A stretch of 64,000 bases of DNA from Isoptericola halotolerans (GTDB lineage Bacteria > Actinomycetota > Actinomycetes > Actinomycetales > Cellulomonadaceae): positions 620,001-684,000 of the forward strand of contig NZ_JABEZU010000001.1 in the NCBI RefSeq assembly GCF_013149785.1, read 5' to 3'. The position numbers were made by a program, and so were the translations under genes. Numbering within the stretch: the first letter of the stretch is position 1; each line of letters begins with the position of its first letter. The notes beneath the pieces are model-generated. The model saw only the letters and a list, made by a program, of their open reading frames with translations, made no database searches and was not told the DNA's origin. Shown here in pieces: positions 1 to 8,924 of this stretch.

Positions 1-322
1 CGGCGTCGCCCGGGCCGGACGACGCGAACCAGCCGCCGTGCTCGTGGTCGTGCAGCGTGCCGGTCAGCCCGGCGAGCGCCCGGTCGACCCGCTCGCCGCA
101 GTGCGGCACGCCGAGCAGGTGACCGAGGGCGTAGGTGTGCGCCATGCGCGAGGTGATCCAGGTGTGGACGGGCTGACCCGTGTCCGGGCGACCGTCGTCG
201 TCGAGCCACGTGGCGCCGTCTGATCCCTCGACCGACGGCGCGCCGAACTCCAGGAGCTCTCGGACCTGCTCGGCACGCCAGGCGGCGTCGGGCTGGCGGG
301 GGGTGCTGGCCTCGTGAGGCAT
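1..322 (-). CDS. AGE-family (N-acylglucosamine 2-epimerase/YihS-like) sugar epimerase/isomerase, 5' part; runs off window start
   Basis: Not in ORF track. Translated by hand from ATG 322 (SD GGAGAGG upstream): MPHEAST...WLDDDGRPD...VHTWITSRMAHTYALGHLLG...LHDHEHGGWF, typical AGE-family N-terminus. Confidence 0.8.
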   Translation of the reverse strand, partial: MPHEASTPRQPDAAWRAEQVRELLEFGAPSVEGSDGATWLDDDGRPDTGQPVHTWITSRMAHTYALGHLLGVPHCGERVDRALAGLTGTLHDHEHGGWFASSGPGDA

Positions 323-536
323 CGGGGTCCTCTCCGGCGGGGCCGGTCGTCCCGGTGCCTCCGCTGTGGTGGTCCTGCTCCCTGACGGCGGTGCCAGGTG
401 CGCGGGGCCAATCTCTCATGCGGGCTGCCCGGCCTCAACCGTCGCCGGCGGGATCGACCGCGACGCGGTGCGCCGGGTGCTGACCTGGTGTGGACAACGC
501 CGTGACGAGCGGGCATGATGACGACGACGCGCGGAT

Positions 537-548
537 TGAATCCATTCA
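537..548. promoter_or_regulatory. Palindromic operator-like site TGAAT-CC-ATTCA in AT-rich patch between divergent genes
   Basis: 5-bp perfect arms, followed by related TAAATCCGTTGA; rare AT-rich stretch upstream of the lyase. Confidence 0.45.
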
Positions 549-630
549 TTAAATCCGTTGAACCAACCTCACCGACGAGGGCGCGTCACCGGCCGAGGCC
601 GGACTCAACGACGAGACGACGAGGTGAACC

Positions 631-3600
631 GTGCAGCAGCCCGACAGGCTCTCACGTGCCGAGCGTGAAAGCGCTTACCGGCACCGTTCGACCACACCAC
701 CCCCGAGCCGCCGCCCAGCCCGAGGCCTGGTGGCCGGCGCTGCCGCCGCGGCCCTCGTGCTGCCGCTCCTGCCCGCCACGGCGGTCGCGGCCGACGACGA
801 CGCCGTCTGGCTCTTCGACTTCGGCACCCCCGACAGCCCCGTCGCCGAGGGGTACGAGCGCGTGGACCCCACCACCGCCTACGACGAGGACGCAGGCTTC
901 GGCATCACCTCCGGTGACGTCGCCGCCCGCGACCGGTCGACGGACGTCGACCCGCTGACCGGCGACTTCGTGCTCGGTGCCGAGTGGGAGTTCGCCGTCG
1001 ACGTGCCGGACGGGACCTACGACGTCGAGGTGTGGGTCGGGGACACCCTCGCCGGCACCTCCAGCGTGCGCACCACCGTCGCCCCCGAGGGCGGGGCCGG
1101 CACCAACATCACCGCCGACGCCGAGCAGACGAGCAGCGGCACGCTGACGGCCGAGGTCTCCGACGGGCAGCTCAACCTCGGCATCACCGGCAAGGGGTAC
1201 GGCTACGTCAACGGCCTGCGGATCACCCAGGTCGCCGACGACTCCGAGGAACCGGGCGACGGCGGCGCTGAGCCCGGCGAGGAGCCCGACGACGGCGACG
1301 GCGCGCCCGGCCCGGCGAACCTGCGCGTCGCGGCAGCGAGCGACGGCGAGGTCGTCCTGCGCTGGAACGAGGTCTCCGGCGCCACCGGGTACACGCTGAC
1401 CCGCAGCGACGCCGTCGACGGCGACTACACCGAGATCGCCGCCACCGGCGCCCGCGAGGTCTTCTTCGCCGACACCGACGTCGACACCTCGGCGGTGAGC
1501 TACTACCGCGTGCACGCGGTCACCGGCGACGGCACCACGGCGGCCTCCGCGCCCGCGGTCGGCACCCTGTCGAGCGAGCCGAACTTCCCCGAGGGCGGCA
1601 CGCTGCACATCGACCTGGGCTCCGGCGCGGTCGACGGTGACGCCGTCGTCGTCGACGCCGACACCGCCTACGACGCCGAGAACCGTCTCGGGTTCGTCGA
1701 CATCTCCGTGGTGACGGCCACCGACCGCGGCGGGGACGACGCGCTGCGCGGCGACTTCGTGACCGCCGACGGCGCCGAGCTCGTCATCGACCTGCCGAAC
1801 GGTGACTACACGGTCGCCGTCGTCGCCGGCGATGCCGAGGCGGCCACCGACGTCGCGATCACCGCCGAGCAGATGGCCAAGGTGCAGCCCACCGAGAAGC
1901 CCGCGGGCGAGTTCCTGGAGATGGAGTTCGACCTCGCGCTCGTGGACGGCCAGCTCAACCTGCAGCTCGCCGGCAGCGCCGCGAACCTCAACGGTCTGAC
2001 GATCACCCGCCAGGACGACCGGGACGCCGCCGACCAGTCCACCGTGTACGTCACCGGCGACTCCACCGTGCAGACCTACGACCCCTACTGGGCCCCGCAG
2101 GCCGGCTGGGGGCAGATGATCGAGCGCTACCTGTCCGACGACGTCGTGGTCGACAACCACGCGATCGGCGGACGGTCCTCGAAGAACTTCATCAGCCAGG
2201 GCCGTCTCGACGAGGTCCTGACCCAGATCCGCCCGGGCGACCACCTCTACGTCCAGTTCGGGCACAACGACAACAGCTACGGCGTCGACGACCGCTGGGC
2301 GGGCCCGGGCGACTACTACTACTACCTGCGCACGTTCATCGACGGCGCCGTGCAGCGCGGTGCGCAGCCGATCGTCGTCACGCCGGTCTCGCGCCGGTCG
2401 TTCGATGCCGCCACTGGCCAGTTCAACGTGTCCTTCCCGGAGTACGTGGACGCCGCGACCCGGGCCGCGGCCGACACCGGCACCCCGCTGGTCGATCTCT
2501 CGGCCTCGTCGCGGGCCTTCCTCGACGAGATCGGCCCCGAGGAGGCCAAGAGCGTGTTCCTGCACGTGCCGGCCGGGGTCTATCCGAACCGGCCGCAGGG
2601 CACCACGGACGACACCCACTTCCAGGAGTACGGCGCCATCCAGATGGCCCGGCTCGTCGCCGTCGGCACCGCCGAGCTGGACGTCCCGCTCGCGGGCGAG
2701 GTCGTCGACGCAGAGCCGCCCGCCGAGGTGCCGGACGCACCTGCCGGGCTCGTGGCGGGCAACGTCTCGGCCACGAGCGTGACCCTGTCGTGGACCGAGT
2801 CCGAGGGTGCGGACATCTACCGCGTGCTGGCCCGGACCGGGGACGGCGACTTCGGCCTGGTCGCCAGCTCGACGGTCGGCGTCGCCGAGGTGACCGGCCT
2901 CGAGCAGGGCACCTCGTACGACCTGCGGGTCGTGGCGGTCAACGGCCGGGGCGAGTCCGCGCCGTCGGCCACCCTGTCGGTCACCACCAAGGCGCCCCTG
3001 TACAAGTTCGACGTGCAGGTCTCCGGCAACAGCACCCAGGACGGCTACACGGCCTTCGACGAGACGACGCTGTACACCGCCGAGCGCGGGTACGGGTTCA
3101 CCTCGGACTCCGGTCCGGGAGGCCGCGACCGCGGCACCGGCGACGGGGCGCTGAACGACCTGCAGCGGGACTTCCTGCTGCCTGGCACCGGCCACCCGAT
3201 GCGCTTCGACGTCCCCAACGGCACCTACGCCGTCGAGGTGATCTGGGGTGACCTCATCGGCACCGCACGCCTCGGCGTGACCGTGCAGGGTGTCGACCAC
3301 GGGTCGGCCAACGCAGGCCGGGGCAGCACCTCCAGCAAGATCGTCCAGCCCGTGGTCGTCACCGACGGCAAGATCGACGTCGTCGCCGACGGCTGGCTGA
3401 ACGGCCTGGAGATCACCTCGCTCCTCTACGCGCCGACCGAGCTCGTCGCCGGTGACGTCTCGATCGACGGGGCCGACGTCTCGGTGCCGCTGTCGTGGCA
3501 GCCGGCGCAGGACGTCGCCGGCTACCGGGTCTACCGGCAGGCGGAGGGCGCGAGCCGTCCGACGGCCCTGGCGGACGTGGACGCGACGGAGCTGGTCGAC

Positions 3601-6165
3601 ACCACGGCCGACGTCGGGCTGAGGTACACCTACACGGTCGTCGCGCTCGACGCGGCGGGCAACGAGTCGGTCGCGTCCAACGCGGTCGAGCTCACCACGG
3701 TGGATGCCGACGCCGAGCCTGCCGCGACCCCCACGGGCCTGGCCGTCACCGGCATCGAGAAGAACGCCGTGTCGCTCGCCTGGGAGCCGTCCGAGGGTGC
3801 GCTGTTCTACCACGTCTACCGTGCCGACAAGGCTGGTGACCTGGTGCTCGTGGACCGCACCGACGACCCGGAACACCGGGACACGGACGTCCTCACCACC
3901 ATCGGGTACACGTACGCGGTGGCCTCGGTGAACGCGGGTGGCGTCTCCGAGCTGTCGGGGACCGTCACCTCGGACGCCGTGACCGAGCTGGCCCGGCAGG
4001 CGGAGCGCACCGGCCGTCAGCCCGTCGCAGCAGTGTCCGACGACGGGGTGTACGTCGGCTGGCGCATGCTGGGCGACGACCCCGAGGAGATCGCCTTCCA
4101 CGTCTACCGCGACGGGGAGCGGATCACCGCCGAGCCGGTCACGGGATCGACGAACCACGTGGACGCGGAGGGCACGCAGGACGCGACCTACCGGATCTCC
4201 GCCGTCGTCGACGGGACCGAACGCTGGGCCACGGGGGACTTCGTGCCGTGGGACGGCCAGACCCTCGACATCCCGCTGAACACCCCGCAGGACGGCACCA
4301 CCCAGGACGGCCAGCCGTACTCCTACAGCGCGAACGACGTGTCCGTCGGCGACGTCACCGGCGACGGGCAGTACGAGTACATCGTCAAGTGGAACCCGTC
4401 CAACGCGAAGGACAACTCGCAGTCGGGCTACACCGGCAACGTCTACCTGGACGCCTACACCCTGTCCGGCGAGCAGCTGTGGCGCATCGACCTGGGCCAC
4501 AACATCCGTGCCGGGGCGCACTACACCCAGTTCCAGGTGTACGACTACGACGGCGACGGCAAGGCCGAGATGATCGTCAAGACCGCCGACGGCACCGTCG
4601 ACGGTCAGGGGACGGTCATCGGCGACGCCCGGGCCGACTTCCGCAGCTCGGCGGGCTACGTCCTGTCCGGGCCGGAGTTCCTCACCGTGTTCGACGGTGA
4701 GACCGGGGCCGCGATCGACACGATCGACTACGTGCCGCCGCGCGGCGACGTCGGCTCGTGGGGCGACGGGTACGGCAACCGCGTGGACCGTTTCCTGGCG
4801 GCCACGGCCTACCTGGACGGGGAGACCCCGACGGCGATCTTCTCGCGGGGCTACTACACCCGGGCCGTCATCGCGGCGTTCGACTTCGACGGGTCCGAGC
4901 TCACCGAGCGGTGGGTCTTCGACTCCGACGTCGAGGGCGACCAGTACCGCGGCCAGGGCAACCACGACATGCAGGTGGCCGACGTCGACGGGGACCAGAA
5001 GGACGAGATCGTCTTCGGGTCCATGACCGTCGACGACGACGGCACGGCGCTGTACAACACCCGTCTCGGGCACGGTGACGCCATGCACGTCGGCGACTTC
5101 GATCCCTCGCGTCCGGGCCTCGAGATGTTCGCGGCCCACGAGGACATGCGGGCGTCGGGCAACCGGGGCGGCACGTTCCGCGACGCCGCCACGGGGGAGG
5201 TCCTGTGGTCCGTCCCGGCGCAGGTCGACACCGGCCGGGCCGCGATGGGTGACATCGACCCCCGGTACGACGGCGCCGAGGGCTGGGCCATCGGCGGCGA
5301 CGGGGCGTGGAACTCGCCGGTCGGCTACCTGATGTCCGCCAGCGGGGAGCTCATCTCCGAGAACATCCCGGCGGCGAACTTCCTGACCTGGTGGGACGGC
5401 GACCTGCTGCGCGAGATCGGCGACCACGACTGGGACGCCGACTCCTCCACGGGTGTACCCACCATCGCCAAGTGGGACTGGGAGAACGAGACCGAGGTCG
5501 AGCTGTACCGGGCCGAGGGCACGCTGTCGAACAACAGCACCAAGGGCAACTTCTCGATCCAGGCCGACCTGTTCGGTGACTGGCGCGAGGAGATCGTCAC
5601 GCGCACCGAGGACTCGTCCGCGCTGCGCATCGCGACGACGGTGATCCCCACCGAGCACCGCCTGCGGACACTGATGTCGGACCCGCAGTATCGCCTCGCG
5701 GTGGCCTGGCAGAACACCGCCTACAACCAGCCGCCGCACACCTCCTACCACCTGGGTGAGGGCATGGAGGCCCCGGAGGCGCCGCGGCTGGCGTACACCT
5801 CCGAGGCGGAGCCGGGTGAGATCGTGCCGGGCGAGACCGACCCGGGCGAGACGCCCGCCGCCTGGTCGGCGGACACCGTCTACACGGGGGGCGACCGCGT
5901 GGAGCACGACGGCGTCGTCTTCGAGGCGCTGTGGTGGACGCGCGGCGAGGAGCCCGGGTCCTCGCCGTGGGGTGCCTGGCAGGAGATCGGCCCGGCCGGT
6001 GAGCCGGCGCCGGAGTGCGGGGCCCTGTGGACCGCCAGCCGCATCTTCGTCGCGGGCGACCAGGCCGTGCACGAGGGCGCCCTCTGGGAGGCCAAGTGGT
6101 GGACCCGCAACCAGGAGCCCGGCGCCAGCCCGTGGGGTCCCTGGGAGCAGGTCGGCGAGTGCTGA
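631..6165 (+). CDS. Secreted multimodular rhamnogalacturonan acetylesterase (SGNH/CE12) + rhamnogalacturonan lyase (PL11, YesW-like) with FN3 repeats and two C-terminal CBM5/12-like modules
   Basis: SD GAGGTG + GTG; signal peptide ending AVA-A; SGNH blocks GDSTV, GWGQM, GGRSSK, QFGHND, DDTH; PL11 motifs YSANDVSVGDVTGDG, NIRAGAHYTQF, YGNRVDRF, RGYYTR, GHGDAMH, YNQPPH; tandem (A/E)xWWT..EPG modules. Confidence 0.92.
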   Translation: MQQPDRLSRAERESAYRHRSTTPPPSRRPARGLVAGAAAAALVLPLLPATAVAADDDAVWLFDFGTPDSPVAEGYERVDPTTAYDEDAGFGITSGDVAARDRSTDVDPLTGDFVLGAEWEFAVDVPDGTYDVEVWVGDTLAGTSSVRTTVAPEGGAGTNITADAEQTSSGTLTAEVSDGQLNLGITGKGYGYVNGLRITQVADDSEEPGDGGAEPGEEPDDGDGAPGPANLRVAAASDGEVVLRWNEVSGATGYTLTRSDAVDGDYTEIAATGAREVFFADTDVDTSAVSYYRVHAVTGDGTTAASAPAVGTLSSEPNFPEGGTLHIDLGSGAVDGDAVVVDADTAYDAENRLGFVDISVVTATDRGGDDALRGDFVTADGAELVIDLPNGDYTVAVVAGDAEAATDVAITAEQMAKVQPTEKPAGEFLEMEFDLALVDGQLNLQLAGSAANLNGLTITRQDDRDAADQSTVYVTGDSTVQTYDPYWAPQAGWGQMIERYLSDDVVVDNHAIGGRSSKNFISQGRLDEVLTQIRPGDHLYVQFGHNDNSYGVDDRWAGPGDYYYYLRTFIDGAVQRGAQPIVVTPVSRRSFDAATGQFNVSFPEYVDAATRAAADTGTPLVDLSASSRAFLDEIGPEEAKSVFLHVPAGVYPNRPQGTTDDTHFQEYGAIQMARLVAVGTAELDVPLAGEVVDAEPPAEVPDAPAGLVAGNVSATSVTLSWTESEGADIYRVLARTGDGDFGLVASSTVGVAEVTGLEQGTSYDLRVVAVNGRGESAPSATLSVTTKAPLYKFDVQVSGNSTQDGYTAFDETTLYTAERGYGFTSDSGPGGRDRGTGDGALNDLQRDFLLPGTGHPMRFDVPNGTYAVEVIWGDLIGTARLGVTVQGVDHGSANAGRGSTSSKIVQPVVVTDGKIDVVADGWLNGLEITSLLYAPTELVAGDVSIDGADVSVPLSWQPAQDVAGYRVYRQAEGASRPTALADVDATELVDTTADVGLRYTYTVVALDAAGNESVASNAVELTTVDADAEPAATPTGLAVTGIEKNAVSLAWEPSEGALFYHVYRADKAGDLVLVDRTDDPEHRDTDVLTTIGYTYAVASVNAGGVSELSGTVTSDAVTELARQAERTGRQPVAAVSDDGVYVGWRMLGDDPEEIAFHVYRDGERITAEPVTGSTNHVDAEGTQDATYRISAVVDGTERWATGDFVPWDGQTLDIPLNTPQDGTTQDGQPYSYSANDVSVGDVTGDGQYEYIVKWNPSNAKDNSQSGYTGNVYLDAYTLSGEQLWRIDLGHNIRAGAHYTQFQVYDYDGDGKAEMIVKTADGTVDGQGTVIGDARADFRSSAGYVLSGPEFLTVFDGETGAAIDTIDYVPPRGDVGSWGDGYGNRVDRFLAATAYLDGETPTAIFSRGYYTRAVIAAFDFDGSELTERWVFDSDVEGDQYRGQGNHDMQVADVDGDQKDEIVFGSMTVDDDGTALYNTRLGHGDAMHVGDFDPSRPGLEMFAAHEDMRASGNRGGTFRDAATGEVLWSVPAQVDTGRAAMGDIDPRYDGAEGWAIGGDGAWNSPVGYLMSASGELISENIPAANFLTWWDGDLLREIGDHDWDADSSTGVPTIAKWDWENETEVELYRAEGTLSNNSTKGNFSIQADLFGDWREEIVTRTEDSSALRIATTVIPTEHRLRTLMSDPQYRLAVAWQNTAYNQPPHTSYHLGEGMEAPEAPRLAYTSEAEPGEIVPGETDPGETPAAWSADTVYTGGDRVEHDGVVFEALWWTRGEEPGSSPWGAWQEIGPAGEPAPECGALWTASRIFVAGDQAVHEGALWEAKWWTRNQEPGASPWGPWEQVGEC
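666..679. promoter_or_regulatory. LacI-type operator copy TGAAAGCGCTTACC inside the 5' end of the lyase gene
   Basis: 13/14 identical to TGAAAGCGCTTTCC at 8877-8890. Confidence 0.55.
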
Positions 6166-6178
6166 GCTGACCTGAGCA

Positions 6179-6224
6179 ACGGCCGGGGGTCGTCGTCGCG
6201 TACGCGGCGGCGACCCCCGGCCGT
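6179..6224 (+). terminator. GC-rich stem-loop after lyase gene
   Basis: ACGGCCGGGGGTCGTCGTCGCG-TA-CGCGGCGGCGACCCCCGGCCGT (G-U pairs allowed). Confidence 0.7.
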
Positions 6225-6245
6225 CCGCGTGGAATGATCGGGAGC

Positions 6246-7271
6246 ATGTTCACGCTGCCCGCCGGTGCTGCCGGCTCCCGCATCGTCGGCCTCGGGCACC
6301 ACCAGCCCGCCCGGGTCATGACGAACGACGACGTCGCCCGGTTCGTGGAGACGAACGACGAGTGGATCCGCTCGCGGACCGGGATCGTCACCCGGCACGT
6401 CGCCGCCGACGACGTCACGGTGGCCGACATGGCGACCGCCGCGGCGGAGCACGCGCTCGCCGACGCCGGGGTGGACCCTGGTGACGTCGACCTGGTGATC
6501 GTCGCGACGACGACGGCCGTGGACCGTTCGCCGAACACCGCCGGCCGGGTGGCGTACGCGCTGCGCACGGGGGTCCAGCCCGGCGCGAGCACGCCCGAGG
6601 GCGAGGAGGCCCCCGACCTGCGCGACGTCGTCGGCCCGGGGGTCGTGGACATCAACACCGCCTGCTCGGGCTTCGCCTATGCCATGGGTCTGGCGGACCA
6701 GGCGATCCGCACCGGGAGCGCGAGGACCGCCGTCGTCGTGGGCTCGGAGAAGCTCACGGCCGTCACCGACTGGAGCGACCGGTCCACGAGCATCCTCACC
6801 GCAGACGGCGCGGGAGCGGCCGTGCTGCAGGCGACCGACGAGCCCGCGGTGAGCCCCGTGGTGTGGGGCTCGGAGCCGGAGATCACGCCCGCGGTGGTCA
6901 TCGAGGCGCCGACCGAGAAGTTTGCCCAGGACGGCCGGACGGTCTTCAAGTGGGCCATCACGCGTGCCGCCGACCGCGCCCGGCGTGTCGTGGAGGCCTC
7001 GGGCCTCGGGCTCGACGAGATCGAGGTCCTGGTCGCCCACCAGGCGAACCTGCGGATCATCGAGCCGCTGGCGAAGTCGCTGGGGCTCGAGGACCGGGTG
7101 GTCGTCACCGACATCACCGAGTCGGGGAACACCTCGGCCGCGTCGATCCCGCTGGGGATGTCGAAGTGGTGGCACGCGGGCCGGCTGCCCGCCGACGCGC
7201 CGGCGCTGTTGTTCGGGTTCGGCGGCGGCTTCACGTGGGCCGGCCAGGTGGTGCTCACCCCGCGGCGGTAG
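6246..7271 (+). CDS. fabH: Beta-ketoacyl-ACP synthase III
   Basis: ETNDEWIRSRTGI, catalytic TACSGF, AHQAN, ESGNTSAASIP, FGGG; start 6246 or 6234. Confidence 0.9.
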   Translation: MFTLPAGAAGSRIVGLGHHQPARVMTNDDVARFVETNDEWIRSRTGIVTRHVAADDVTVADMATAAAEHALADAGVDPGDVDLVIVATTTAVDRSPNTAGRVAYALRTGVQPGASTPEGEEAPDLRDVVGPGVVDINTACSGFAYAMGLADQAIRTGSARTAVVVGSEKLTAVTDWSDRSTSILTADGAGAAVLQATDEPAVSPVVWGSEPEITPAVVIEAPTEKFAQDGRTVFKWAITRAADRARRVVEASGLGLDEIEVLVAHQANLRIIEPLAKSLGLEDRVVVTDITESGNTSAASIPLGMSKWWHAGRLPADAPALLFGFGGGFTWAGQVVLTPRR

Positions 7272-7278
7272 CCGCTGA

Positions 7279-7341
7279 TCCGGTCGGCACGATGCGGCCG
7301 GGTCGGTACGCATGTCTGCCGACCTGGCCGCATCGTGCCGA
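7279..7341. repeat. REP-like long palindrome, family copy 1
   Basis: TCGGCACGATGCGGCCGGGTCGG...CCGACCTGGCCGCATCGTGCCGA; begins TCCGGTCGGCACG like 28860. Confidence 0.7.
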
Positions 7342-7364
7342 TGGGATGCCGTGACCCTCTCGGG

Positions 7365-7388
7365 TACAGTGGTGGGAAACCGCTTTCT
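7365..7388 (+). promoter_or_regulatory. -10 box TACAGT followed by LacI-type operator TGGGAAACCGCTTTCT
   Basis: Operator overlaps predicted TSS upstream of oxidoreductase 1. Confidence 0.65.
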
Positions 7389-7413
7389 GACCGCGAGACA
7401 CAGGAGTCCGACG

Positions 7414-8769
7414 TTGTCCTCCACCACCCCCAGCCGCCTCCGCTACGCCGTCGTCGGCACCGGCCATCGTGCCGGCATGTACGTCTCGGCCCTCGTCGAC
7501 GCCCACGCCGACGCCGGCGAGATCGTCGCGTGGGTCGAGCCCAACCCGGTCCGCGCCGCGGTCCACGAGGCCCGGGTCGCCGCGAAGGTCGGCGGCGAGC
7601 GTCCCGTGTACGCCCCGGCCGACCTCGAGAAGGCCGTCACGGAGCAGCGGGTCGACCGCGTCGTCGTCACCAGCATCGACAACACCCACGCCGACATGGT
7701 CTCCCGCGCGCTGCGCGCCGGCGTCGACGTCGTGGTGGAGAAGCCCATCGCCGCCACGGCGGAGGAGGCGCGGCAGATCACCGACGCCGTCGCCGAGACC
7801 GGGCGCGACCTGACCATGACCTTCAACTACCGCTACTCGCCGCGGAACTCGGCGCTGCGTGAGGTCATCGCGTCCGGCGAGATCGGGAAGGTGTTGTCCG
7901 TCCACTTCGACTGGTCGCTCGACACCGTGCACGGCGCGGACTACTTCCGCCGCTGGCACCGCGAGAAGGTGAACAACGGTGGCCTGCTCGTGCACAAGTC
8001 GAGCCACCACTTCGACCTGGTCAACTGGTGGATCGACGACGTGCCCGTACGGGTCTTCGCCTCCGGCGGACGGCGCTTCTACGGCGACGACGCTGCGCAC
8101 GCACAGGGCTACGAGCCGACGGGCGGCGAGCGGGCGCTCAACGCCGAGGGCGTCGACCCCTGGGCGCTGGACATGGCCAAGGACCCGTACCTCGGCGAGC
8201 TCTACGGACCCGAGGCGCAGGCGCACGACGGCTATGTCCGCAACAGGTCGGTGTTCGACGCCGGCATCACCACCGAGGACACCCTGGGCCTGGTCGTGGA
8301 GTACGCGGGCGGGCCGATGCTCACCTACTCGCTGACGGCGTCGGCCCCCTGGGAGGGCTACCGGGTCGTGGTCAACGGCTCGCGCGGGCAGGCGACCCTC
8401 GAGGTGACCGAACGCGGTTCGGTCGTGTTCGGCGAGGACGGGAAGGCGGTCCTGGACCCGAGCCTCACCGAGGCGTTCGCGCAGGACGAGGTGCGACCCA
8501 ACGGCGAGCGGCTGCTCGTGCAGCGGCACTGGGAGCGTGCGGAGGAGCGGCCGATCGTGGCCCTCGGTGCCGGTGGGCACGGCGGCGGCGACGCGCTGCT
8601 GCTGAACGACATCTTCGTGGGGCGCGACGAGTCGGACCCGCTGGGGCGGGCCGCCGGGTTCGTCGACGGGTTGCGGGCGTCGGGTGTCGGCTACGCGGGC
8701 AACCGCTCGCTCGAGACGGGCGAGCCGGTGCGCCTCGCGGACCTGGGTCTCGGCGTCGACCTGACCTGA
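7414..8769 (+). CDS. Gfo/Idh/MocA-family oxidoreductase (YteT-like), paralog 1
   Basis: SD CAGGAG + TTG 7414; YAVVGTGHRA, VEKP, FNYRY, DYFRRWHR, HKSSHHFD, GHGGGD. Confidence 0.9.
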   Translation: MSSTTPSRLRYAVVGTGHRAGMYVSALVDAHADAGEIVAWVEPNPVRAAVHEARVAAKVGGERPVYAPADLEKAVTEQRVDRVVVTSIDNTHADMVSRALRAGVDVVVEKPIAATAEEARQITDAVAETGRDLTMTFNYRYSPRNSALREVIASGEIGKVLSVHFDWSLDTVHGADYFRRWHREKVNNGGLLVHKSSHHFDLVNWWIDDVPVRVFASGGRRFYGDDAAHAQGYEPTGGERALNAEGVDPWALDMAKDPYLGELYGPEAQAHDGYVRNRSVFDAGITTEDTLGLVVEYAGGPMLTYSLTASAPWEGYRVVVNGSRGQATLEVTERGSVVFGEDGKAVLDPSLTEAFAQDEVRPNGERLLVQRHWERAEERPIVALGAGGHGGGDALLLNDIFVGRDESDPLGRAAGFVDGLRASGVGYAGNRSLETGEPVRLADLGLGVDLT

Positions 8770-8791
8770 CCCGCGGCTCGCTGATCGCCAC

Positions 8792-8829
8792 CCGAGATCG
8801 ACCCACCCGTACGGGTGGGTCGATCTCGG
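8792..8829. repeat. Perfect 38-bp palindrome (terminator/REP-like)
   Basis: CCGAGATCGACCCACCCGT|ACGGGTGGGTCGATCTCGG, no mismatch, no spacer. Confidence 0.8.
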
Positions 8830-8865
8830 CATGTGGAGCCCTCTGGCGGAGAGCCGGGGGCGAGG

Positions 8866-8890
8866 TAGTGTGGACTTGAAAGCGCTTTCC
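8866..8890 (+). promoter_or_regulatory. -10 box TAGTGT followed by LacI-type operator TGAAAGCGCTTTCC
   Basis: Same layout as 7365-7388; central AAAGCGCTTT palindrome. Confidence 0.7.
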
Positions 8891-8924
8891 CGCTGACCGA
8901 GCGTCCACCCCGAGGAGCCCGACG

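Noticed and set aside
38..549. ORF-track calls 38..223 (+) and 64..549 (-)
   Set aside because: The real gene is an AGE-family ORF starting at 322 on the - strand in another frame
652..6072. 1806-aa antisense ORF opposite the lyase
   Set aside because: Shadow frame caused by high-GC codon bias; no motifs, and the sense gene is well supported
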